This document shows positions 40,201-51,795 of a stretch of DNA of 64,000 bases, in pieces; within the stretch, counting starts at the first letter, position 1; every line of letters begins with the position of its first letter. The position numbers were made by a program, and so were the translations under genes. The notes under the pieces were generated by a model. It was not told the DNA's origin. It searched no databases and saw nothing but the letters and a program-made list of their open reading frames with translations. Source of the DNA: Felis catus (Eukaryota); NCBI RefSeq assembly GCF_018350175.1, contig NC_058374.1:68448001-68512000 (forward strand), written 5' to 3'.

Positions 40201-43200
40201 GTCTTTAAAGACCTTTGTAGAGAATATATTCTATTACAATTATATGTATATGAAGTCTGGTTGTTTATATATCAAATATCAGTAGTTTTCTCTCTAATAA
40301 AACAGGAGAAATACTATTAAATGCTAAATATAGGAGGAACATAGAATTCAAAATGATGTAACAACCTTTCTATGAGAGAGTAATCTTTTATTATGCAGAA
40401 CTGCTAAAACTACAGGGAAAAAAATCCCCTGATCTCCATAGCATTTCCCACAAACAAAGATAATGATCATAAATAGCCAATGACTACATTTGACTACATT
40501 CAGCACTGGATGGGTTTCATTTAATCACTCATTCATTCAACAAATCTCTTGTGAGCACCTGTTATACAATTACGTGTGCCAGGCACTGTGTATGCTGCCA
40601 GAATACCTATTTGAGTAAAACAGGAAAATCCACCTGCCCTCAGGGATTTGCTACTGGAAGAGACAGCCAACAGACAAGATCCATAGTTAACAGGTATAGC
40701 TTTTCCAAGATTCCATTTGAACTACATTCCTACCAAGATACTGGTAGTAGGTAAGCTCCAGGGTGGAAAATTAATTCAGGGAAGGGAAAGAGTAAGTGTT
40801 AAAGGGATAGCTGAACTCTTGTAAGGGACAATGCTGTGAAGGTAACTTTGAATAAAGCCCTGAAGGAAATGAAGAAGCTAACAGTGCAGATGTCTGAGAT
40901 AAGGGCATACCAGGCGGATGCAGCAGCAGGAGCAAGGGGTGAGATGGGACTATGGAGGGAGATCAAGGAAGTCAGGGTGACTGAAATAGAGCGAATGAGG
41001 TAGAAGGTAGTAAGAAATGAAATTGGAGAGACACAAGAGCTGTATCACATGGGACCTTATAATTCATAGTGATTACACTGGCTTTAACTAGAGTGAGATT
41101 TTCATTGGAGGGCTTAGACCAGAGGAGTCCAATGACATTAAGTTACAGAAAGATGAGTCTGGCTGCTGTTTTAAGAAAAGACTTAGTGGAAATTCATTTC
41201 TAAATCTGTTACTCAAAATAGGAGTGCAAAAGGAAAAAGATATAAAGACACAGTGTGGTTAACAGTCTTCATTTTATTTTTAAAATGCATTAGGGAAGAT
41301 GGGTCATGAAATTTTGGAATTTCCTATATTAATGCAGGGTCTGATTCTACTTACCAATCATGAAATTCTAAGCAAAACATTTAACCTCTGAGTCTCATTT
41401 AGCCTATCAGTGAAATCGAAGTAAGAATATTAATAGTCCATACAATATTTGAGAGAGAAAGATGGATACCATTGCTTATCGCCATGCTTATATTTACTCA
41501 AAAAAAAAATATGGTAGCTTTTGGAAAAAGCACTGTTTGTCTTGGCTTACATCCAACATTTGTTCTGCAATAGCCTAGTTTGGATTATGCCTTAGCTTAC
41601 TGCTAGAAAACAACAGTTATAAGAGACAATATTTTCTTCCAGATGACCTTAGCTACCGCTGGCTTCTAAATGAATTTCCTGTATTTATCACAATGGATAA
41701 ACGAAGATTTGTGTCTCAGACAAATGGAAATCTCTACATTGCAAATGTCGAGGCATCAGACAAAGGCAATTATTCCTGCTTTGTATCCAGTCCTTCTATT
41801 ACAAAGAGTGTGTTCAGCAAATTTATCCCACTCATTCCACTACCTGAACGTAAGTATTTTGTTACACACTATTTTTGCAGATTGTCTGCTTATGGAGTAC
41901 TTCCAATATGAAAAGAAATATCCAGTGGGAAGACTTGTTGGCTGCCCATTTAGGGCAAACAGAAGATACACAAACAGAAGACTTTGAAAGTCTTGGTCAT
42001 TACTTAGTTTTTCTGATGCAGATTTACATGTTAAAAGTGCCCTAAGATGGTCCAGGTCAGACTGGTTGCTTCTAGTTCAGAGAATGTGTAGGGACTGATT
42101 CATTAGCCTAATACCCATATATTGGTTACAGTGGGAATCACTTACCTCTGCTTTTATTCTCATGTCCGTTCAAAGCTTTTAGTAACTTAATGAAAGAGAA
42201 CAAATGATTAGATCAAAACAAGCTATAGTGATTATAGAATTAGGAAATAAACGCAGTTTTATTACTTTGATATTTTAAGGAACTATTTACATGAAGCAAA
42301 TTAGTGTACGTATTGCCTTTCTGCTATAAGTAAGTAGCATGGGGTATCACTACCATGATGCCATAATTGATGATTACTGACAGACCTGAATGACATTTCC
42401 AAGATTCCGGTTGAACAGCATTCCTTATTTTAATGCATCACTTCCTAAGAAAATCAGACTTCAACATATTTGCTTACTTCCCATTGTTTTTATCATAGTC
42501 CTCCTGTTACCACTCACATCAGTGAGTTCAGGCTTCTGAAGAAATCCTGGGAATTGTTGTTCACAGACCTAGGCTTGGTTCCTGCCTCTATTCTAAATAA
42601 GAAATGGGGAAAATGTCATCATATCACTGTGGCTGCATTTTTTCTACTCAAGATTGTGGTCACGTAGTTGGTATTCAATAAATATTTTTTGACTTCTGGC
42701 TCTTTTTTCTCTCCACAATCTTGGAGATACTTGAGATCTACTACCTCATAGAATCATAAGGAGCCAGCGTGTAAAAACTTCTATAGGTTTCTTTCTTATT
42801 CTACCCCAGAAGTTCATCTCATCTATTTATTTCTTCCTAGCATCTCTGTGGAAGAAGGGTTTCTCTTCCTGTTCTAGCTAATTCTTCCAGTTGCACTAGT
42901 TCATTTACCATTTGATTCATTTAGAGACTTCACTATATCATTTAATTCCTGCTTTTTTTTTCAGAATCTTTATTCTCCATTCATTTCCCTCTGTGTATTC
43001 TTTTGTATTAACTGCAAACAATCTTGACAATTTCTTATTTGCTAAATCCAAAGTGTACTTTTCAGTTCTGAATTTGTATGAACTTTAACACTATTGATCT
43101 CCTATGCTTCTCTTGAACTCTTCTTTCTTTTCCTAATTTTCCCAGCTCCTTCCCTCCCCTTATCTTCCACCTGCCTCTCTGACAAATTCTATGCAGTACC

Positions 43201-46200
43201 CTTCCCCAGATCTTCCTCCTTCTTATATTTCTCTCTAATCTTTTTTCAGATATTCTTACCAATTTATGCCTTTCGACAGCAGCACTATGGAGATGAGTCC
43301 ACATTCTTATGTCTAAAGCTTTTCTCTTTGTTTAGGACTTAATTCTACCTACCTCCTAGACTTGTCATACAGAATGTTTTTGAGAATGTTAAGTTCAAAA
43401 TGTTCCAGACACATCTGTCATCTCATGTCTAAAACTTCTAGTGCTCTTCATCTTGTTTGGTGGTATCGTCATATCTCTACTATCTTAGAATAGCATTTTT
43501 AATCCTCAAGTCCTGTCCTCTCCTCATCCTCCAGATAGCTAATTCAGTGGTCTGCAGCTAGTATGTAAGCACTTGGGAAGTTTGCGGAAATGTACAACCC
43601 AGAAATACTAATTTAGCAGGTCTGGGATGTGACACAGGAATTTGTAGGTTCAGCAAGCATCCCCAGTGATTACAATGAATTGGATCCTTTATCTATGAGT
43701 TGTGAAAACATTGACCCAAAGAGCAGTCCTGTTGATTCTGCCTCTGAAAGACAGCTTCGACCAGTTCTTTCCTTTTTATTCCTACTGCTCAAGCCCTCAT
43801 CTGTTTTGCCTGAAGTAATGACAAAGCCTTCCTGAGATACTCTTCTAAAATTCTCTTCTCCATGTTCCATTCTTTAAAACTTCCAACAAGATTTTCTACT
43901 TAAACCAAAGGTGATATTCATATAAATTCTCTTTCCCAAATGCACTGGCAGTTAATCACTAAGGAAATTATTCTCAAAATGTTTAATGTCACAGTTTCAA
44001 ACCTTCTAGATAATAGATTCAAGCTCATCTTCAACACATATATTTTGTGAATTTTTGAAAAAATTCCCTGCAGGGGCGCCTGGGTGGCTCAGTCGGTTGA
44101 GTGTCCGACTTCGGCTCAGGTCATGATCTCGCGGTCCGTGAGTTCTAGCCCCGCATCAGGCTCTTTGCTGACAGCTCAGAGCCTGGAGCCTGTTTCAGAT
44201 TCTGTGTCTCCCTCTCTCTGACCCTCCCCTGTTCATGCTCTGTCTCTCCCTGTCTCAAAAATAAATAAACGTTAAAAAAAAAAACAAAAAAAAAAAAGAA
44301 AAGAAAAAATTCCCTGCATACTCCTGAAACTTTGTCTTAATATGTTGTTTCCTCAACCCTAACTGGTCTGGTGAATTCAAATACTCTTCTTGCCTGAAAT
44401 TCCCATAGGCCCTGCATAATCAACCATCCTCCTTAGCTGCCACCCTTTCAGACCACTTATTTTTGTTTTGACTTGTATTTTCAGTCATTGTGTATCTATT
44501 TGTCTCTCTAGTACCAATGAAGTGCAAAGTACCATTCATACTATAATCTTAAACCATGCATTTTGCCTTTCTGAGCCTGTTTCTGTGACTGTAAGATTGA
44601 GGGAATAAAGCATCTCTCAGTACAGATGTGCTCAATACATTCAATAAGGTAACTATATTGATAAGCACAGTGTTGTCTGAATAAACACTTTTCTTCGTTC
44701 CCTCTCTCCTTCCCTCTTTTCAACTTATTTCCCTTTTGCCATATGCATGTCTTTCTTCTTTTTTCCCTCTTTTCTCGCCTGGCCTCTTTCTTTTACACTC
44801 TTCTCTCTTCCTTCTACCCTTCTCCCTCATTTCCCTTGTCCTTTCTCTTCCTTCCTGAGTCTCATTTAGCGCCTGGCACAGTGTTTCACACATTTTTGAT
44901 GCTCTTTAAGATTTCTTGAAAAAAAATTTTTTTATATTTATTTTTGAGACAGGGAGAGACAGAGCCTGAACAGGGGAGGGTCAGAGAGAGGGAGACACAG
45001 AATCCGAAACAGGCTCCAGGCTCTGAGCTGTCAGCACAGAGCCCAACGCGGGGCTCGAACTCACGGACCGCGAGATCATGACCTGAGCCGAAGTCAGCCA
45101 CTTAACTGACTGAGCCACCCAAGCGCCCCTTGAAATTTTTTTTTTAGTGAATTGAGTAAAATTAGTTGCACAGCTTGAGAATGAGTCAATATGATTGGAA
45201 ATGCTTGATGAAATTTATGCTATATACATACTATGCATAAACAAATAAGTCTATGCATTGTGATATGATCAGATAGTTCCCAGTACTTGAGAAATGTCTT
45301 CCATACTGAAGTAATTCTATCAAAATTACAATATTGAAAAAAAACCTCTTTTAATTCTGCCTAATAATTAGTGGATATTTGTATTTTTCTTGATATTAGG
45401 AACAACAAAACCATATCCTGCTGATATCGTAGTTCAGTTCAAGGACATTTATGCATTGATGGGCCAAAATGTGACATTAGAGTGTTTTGCGCTTGGCAAG
45501 TAAGTATACTTATATTTTTTATTAACATATATAGAAATATATTAATTTTTGTACCATTTAGGAAATAAATGATGTAAGTGTTTAGCTATAGAGAAACAAA
45601 GTAATTTACTTTGAAATGTTGTGGACCCTTAGCTTTTGTTATCTCCTATTTAAAGTCCCGTTCCTGATATCCGATGGCGGAAGGTCCTAGAACCAATGCC
45701 AAGTACTGCTGAGATCAGCACCTCTGGGGCTGTCCTCAAGATCTTCAATATTCAGCTAGAAGATGAAGGCACATATGAATGTGAGGCTGAGAACAATAGA
45801 GGAAAGGATAAACACCAGGCAAGAATTTATGTTCAAGGTAGACATGTTATTTTAATTTTCTGTAAATTGCATCACTATCTTATTTATAGCCATTTCCATA
45901 CTTGAAAAGCTAGTATATAATAGTTTAAAAACAGTGATGTATCTTATATTATGCAAAAAGGTGAAATATTTATCCATCTAATGAAGTCACAAATATGGCT
46001 TATAAAAGTTATAAACTTCTATTAGCATCATACTAACACCAATGGATTCATAGTAGTGTTCTTGATAATTTTCTGAAAATACAATTGATGTAACTTGTTG
46101 ACTCCCTTCCTTGTTCTTTTTTTTCCCCAATACCTTTTTATTTGTAGAAGAAACTATGCATTATGACTCAGGCTAAGCCACTGACTTGCAAACTCAAGTA

Positions 46201-49200
46201 TGCTTCAAAATCACCTGGAGGGCTTGTTAAAACACAGATTGCTGGTTCCCAGAGTTTCTGAGTTAGAAAGTTCTATTTAGGGCCCATGAATCTGCATTTC
46301 TAATAAGTTCCTAAAAGATGCTAATGCTACCAGACCAGGAGCCACAGTTTGAGAACCTCCTTTTTTCCAAAAGAGGAAAAAAAAATTTTTTTGAAGCAAT
46401 TTTCTTGGTCAAGTGTTTGATTCAGACACACACACGCATACCCACACACACGCACACCCACACACTTATATTTAGGGGGATAGAATGTTGTGTTTCAGGG
46501 ACCACTTGAAACTTTTCAGGCTGAAATCATTTCTGTATTATTGTACAATATAAAACTTAAAGATCACAACTAAGCAAACATCTGAGGTTTCAGTAAGCCC
46601 ATTCATTTAAAGGACAAGCATCCATTGAGTGTCTACTCAGAGACACACACTATGACAGGAACAAGTGGAACTAGATAAGAGAAGTACTCTCTCTGTCCTC
46701 TGTCCAGGATTCATACTGTTTCCATACTATATACAAACCTCTACATTTATACCAGTATACACAAGCAACTGAACATATGCCTCCATACACATGTGAGAGC
46801 CAAACTGTGATATCAGAATGGGGAAGGGGCATTGTGGCCCCTACCCAGACCCAGGCCTCTGTCTATACAGGGATGAAGTAAGTGCCTCCAATGACTTAAC
46901 ACATGAAGTCTCACCACCACCATCCCATAGAATTCACCTGGATTAGGCTCTTTTGGCCTTTACCCTGTTCATTCCATTTGGCACAGAAAGCCACGCACTC
47001 CAGGCCTCCCTTATCATCTGAACTTTAACACCTACACAGCTCTGCACATGTCCTTCTCAGTCTCCATCTCCTCCCCATCCCTAACTTCTGAAACCTTTGT
47101 ACCATACTTTCTACAACACACAGGCTGCTGTCATCGCAATCCCCTATATTCTCAACTTCGCTATAACTTCTGCTCTGAACTTCTCACTTAACTAAAACAT
47201 GGTTCTCCCTTAAAGACACTGCTTCCCCTGTAATCCTCTCAGGCAGTGACTAATTTTCTTCCACAGTTCTCATTCCCTTTGGCTTGCAGTATACCTGCTC
47301 TTCTTGTTCCATACACTGTTTCTAGACTACCTTCCATCTCTTTTCCTTTAAGTGTCCAGTTAACTATCTGTCAGGACAAACCCCCTCATTTCTCTAAGGA
47401 TTTTGCTCTTGGCAGCTCTCTTACAAACCAGAACACTACTCTTGACGTTCTTAGTGACATCAAAATCAACTTAGACTATGATTATCTTTAGTAGTTTGGC
47501 CTCTCAGTTCTATTGAACTCCTCTTCCCTAATGATCTTGTCTGTCAACCCACCTGAGTAACCCGTTCCCATGGCCACACTTCAGACCTCAATCTTACCAA
47601 AAAGTACAATCCCTTTATTTTTTTAATGTTTATTTATTTTTAGATAGGAGTGTGGGTGCAGAGAGGGAGATAGAGAGAAAGAGAGAATCCCAAGCAGGCT
47701 ATACATTCAGCATGGACCCAATGCGGGGCTTAATCTCATGGTCAACTGTGAGATCATGACCTGAGCCAAAGTCAAGAGTTAGACACCTAAGTAACTGAGC
47801 CATCCAGATGCCCCCCTCCAAATTACAATCCCTTTATAATCTCAATTTCACCCATTTCTTTCAAACCACTATCTCCTATCTTTCTAGCTCAGTCTCTCTA
47901 ATACCCTTGGACTCTACCAGGAACTATAACCAATTAATCTAGCAACGGTTTAACATTCTTTCATTTCCTCTAACCTCAACCCACCTCTTCCCTAAACCTG
48001 TGATCATTCATAACTGTTCCCCTGGACTCCTCCACAATGCACTCACCACCTTCTGTTTTGTCTTACTACCTTTGTAAAAGGCCAACCCCGGAAAAATCGA
48101 GGTTTTTGCCTACAGTGCCTGAACCAGGGGCTTGAATATGACTTGAGATAAACATCACCATACTTATTAGAGCATTTTAAGTTATTCATCACTAACTTCA
48201 ATTGGGCCCTTGGTGCTGCCTGGCAATTATATTTTACTTCCACAGGCCCACTTACTCTTACAGTCCCTTAGATGACCTACTCATGCCTTCACAGTTTACT
48301 TCAAACCCTAACACCTCCTCCTTCAACCTTACTCTCAGCTGATAACTTGGCTTCTTCTTTCATTGAGAAAATGAAAGATCAAGTTAGAACTTCCACAGGC
48401 TCCCACCCCACATCTATCCAATACCTTTACCCATATCTCATCGCTATGGATTCAGCTGCTATCTGAGGCCGACACCTCTACTCTGTGCTTGATTGTGCCC
48501 TCCTACTTCCTTAAGGCTGTTGTTCCAGCAATTCCCTCTCCAGCAAAAGTAATCATTTTTTTCAATGGATCATTCTCATCAGTGTATAGTGGCTCTTGTT
48601 TCCTACTTCTTTAAAATATTTTTAACTCTGGCTGCTGCTCCATTTCCCTTCTTCTTGTCTCCCTGACAGATTTGTCTATACTTTCTAAATATGCTGTGGT
48701 CAATTTTTCTTCTTTTTAAAATTCACTCTTGTTTGAGTCTCATACCTACCTCCCTGCTGGAATCTTGTCTTGATCACCAATGACGTCATGTTGCTGAAGC
48801 AAATGGCCACTTTGCAGCTGTGTCTTACCTGATCCAGCAGCAACAGACGCCCCTGTCGACTGTGCTGTCCTCCACTGTCCGCGCTCTGTGCTTCGCATCT
48901 GGGATCCATACTTTGCTAACATCCTCATGCACCACTTGCATTCTCCTCCTCAATCCATATGCCCTTCGAACATGGGAGCAAGCAGGGTTTGTCTCTGAAA
49001 ATCTTCTCTATTTCCTCACAACCTTGGTGATTTCATTTATGATCATTGGCTTTAATTAGGCTCTAGAGCCTGAAAATTCTGACCCAGATACTTTCTTGGA
49101 ACCCTAGACTTGTATATTCAGTACCCCAACAAAATTCACTTGATACATATCAAGTATACATAGGTGACCTCCAGAAGAGGGGAAAATTCTGGTTAGAGTC

Positions 49201-51751
49201 TTATCTTACATTTTTTAAATAAAGCTGGCATTCTACCAGGTTTCTAGTGCTTATAGATCTGTTTTTATTCAGTGTACTAAGAAAACTATGATCCAGGTTC
49301 TTAGCCGAGTAGAGTTCTAAAATATATAATGTCTAATTCTTCAGAAGAATCAAGGTGACAGCAGATATTTGTAAGGGAATCTTATTAAGGGAATTATTAT
49401 TGTTCCTTTACTAATGAAACACATTCAGTTTTTATCTTTTGGTGTAATCAACCAGTTTACAAAATTAAATCATAGTCAAGCCGATTCCATTATTTATTCT
49501 TATTGTATTTTTTAATGTGATATCTTGTGTGTTAGAGTCCAAGGCATGAAAGGTGCTCATATTCCTGTTTTATGTATTGCCAAGATTGTCTACAAAATAA
49601 AACCTCTCTCAATTAACGTTCTTATCAATATTTAATTTTTATAACTGTCTACATATGTTACCAACATGTAATGATAAGTGAAAATATACTAAATCAGATT
49701 ATTGTGTTATAAATACACACATACACATAATCTTGATGGATTATATCTAGTGAGATCATAAAAATGTTTTATACTCTTTATTATTTATATGTATTAAATA
49801 CTTTCTATAAGACATGTATATTATTTTGTCAAAAAATTAATATATCAAAGTTTTCTTTTTTAAAGAAAATAAAATACTATCCTCAATTCACAATTAATTC
49901 TCTATTCCTACCTCCTTTATTTTATATCAATTTATTTACCTACAGTTATTTATTTATTTATTTGTTTATTTATGAGAGAGAAAGAGGGAGCACAAGTAGG
50001 GGGCGGCAGACAGAGAAGGGAACACAAAATCTGAAGCAGAGTGTGTCCTGACAACAGAGAGTCCAATGTGGGGCTTGAATTCACAAACCGTGAGATCATG
50101 ACCTGAGCCGAAGTCAGAGGCTTAACCGACTGAGCCACCCAGGCACCCCTACATACATTTATTTAAACTATTTAACTTAAATACTCAAAAAAATGTCATA
50201 GCGTCCATTTGCTTGCTTTCTAGAAATATTTAGTTGTGGTGTGGGAAATACCTAGCGGTTTTCTTTAGCTACCAGATCAGATGAAATGATGAAGCTGAAA
50301 TTAATTTCACTAAAGCATGGATTTCACCAATTATAGCTCCTGTATGTGGTTTCTAATATTGAAAGAGTAATTATGTGATCAAGGCATTTTTCTAATCCTA
50401 CAGTAAAATGTGACAGTGGCCACTAGGTGAAAGGTACATCAAAAGGAGGACACCTGAGGAAGTGGAAAAAATTTTGATTCTTTATTCCAAAAGAAAATAC
50501 TTAGTGTCATACTCAATGAAGCAATAATTTAAAAAAAATTTAATGTTTATTTATTTTTGAGAAAAAGAGAGTGAGCAGGGGAGGGGCAGAGAGAGAGGGA
50601 CACACAGAATCTGAAGCAAGCTCCAGGCTCTGAGCTGTCAGCACAGAGCCTGATGTGGGGCTTGAACTCACAAACAACGAGATCATGACCTGAGCCAAAG
50701 TTAGACACTTGAGTGTCCAACTCAAAGTTGGACACTTGAGTGTTGAGCTCACAACTGAGCTACCCAAGTGCCCCAAAACATAATTTTTTAAAAATGTTAC
50801 AGGTGAGAAATTTTTTTAATTTTATTTTTTAATTTACATCCAAATTAGCATATAGTGCAACAATGATTTCAGGAGTAGATTCCTTAATGCCCGTTACCCA
50901 TTTAGCCAATCCCCCCTCCTACAGGCGAGAAATTTTTAATTTTTTAATGTTTATTCATTTTTGAGAGAGAGAGACAGAGACAGAGTGTGAGCAGGGGAGG
51001 GGCAGAGAGAGAGAAAGACACAGAATCTGAAGCAGGTTCCAGGCTCCAAGCTCTGAGCTGTCAGCCCAGAACCTGATATGGAGCTTGAACTCACAAACCG
51101 TGGGATCATGACCCGAGCAGAAGGCAGATGCTTAACTAATTGAGCAACCCAGGTGCCCCAAGGCATAATTTTTTAAAACCTTAATTGTCATTTTGAAAGA
51201 TTTAAGTTATAAGAAAAGATAAATTACCGTAGTGCTACTCATGAATTAGCTTTCTAACAACACATGGTTCACAAATAGAAAAATAATTATGAATTGATTA
51301 TAGTTACTTCATGTTATAACAATGTAGGATAAAATTTACCTGAAGACCTATGGGGATGCATTTCAATGGCTCTAACGCTGGTTTTATGGCATATATAATA
51401 TCTGATGTATTCTCCAGAAGAAGATCAACCAAATGTGACATTTGTGTTCTTGAGATTATTTTGAGTGTTGAGATTTGAGTCTGACACTTACAATGTTCTT
51501 TAACTTTCAGCGTTTCCTGAGTGGGTAGAACATATCAACGACACAGAGGTGGATATAGGCAGTGACCTCTATTGGCCTTGTGTGGCCACAGGGAAGCCCA
51601 TCCCTACAATCCGATGGCTGAAAAATGGATACGCGGTATGTATGTTCAAGCGTTTTGCGGTTCTTGAGTCCATACTCAGGCACCATTTCCAGTGGTCCTC
51701 AGATAAATTTAGCAAGAGAATCAATAGAGTAAGGGTATCTTGGCCCTAAAA

Positions 51752-51795
<44 letters not shown>

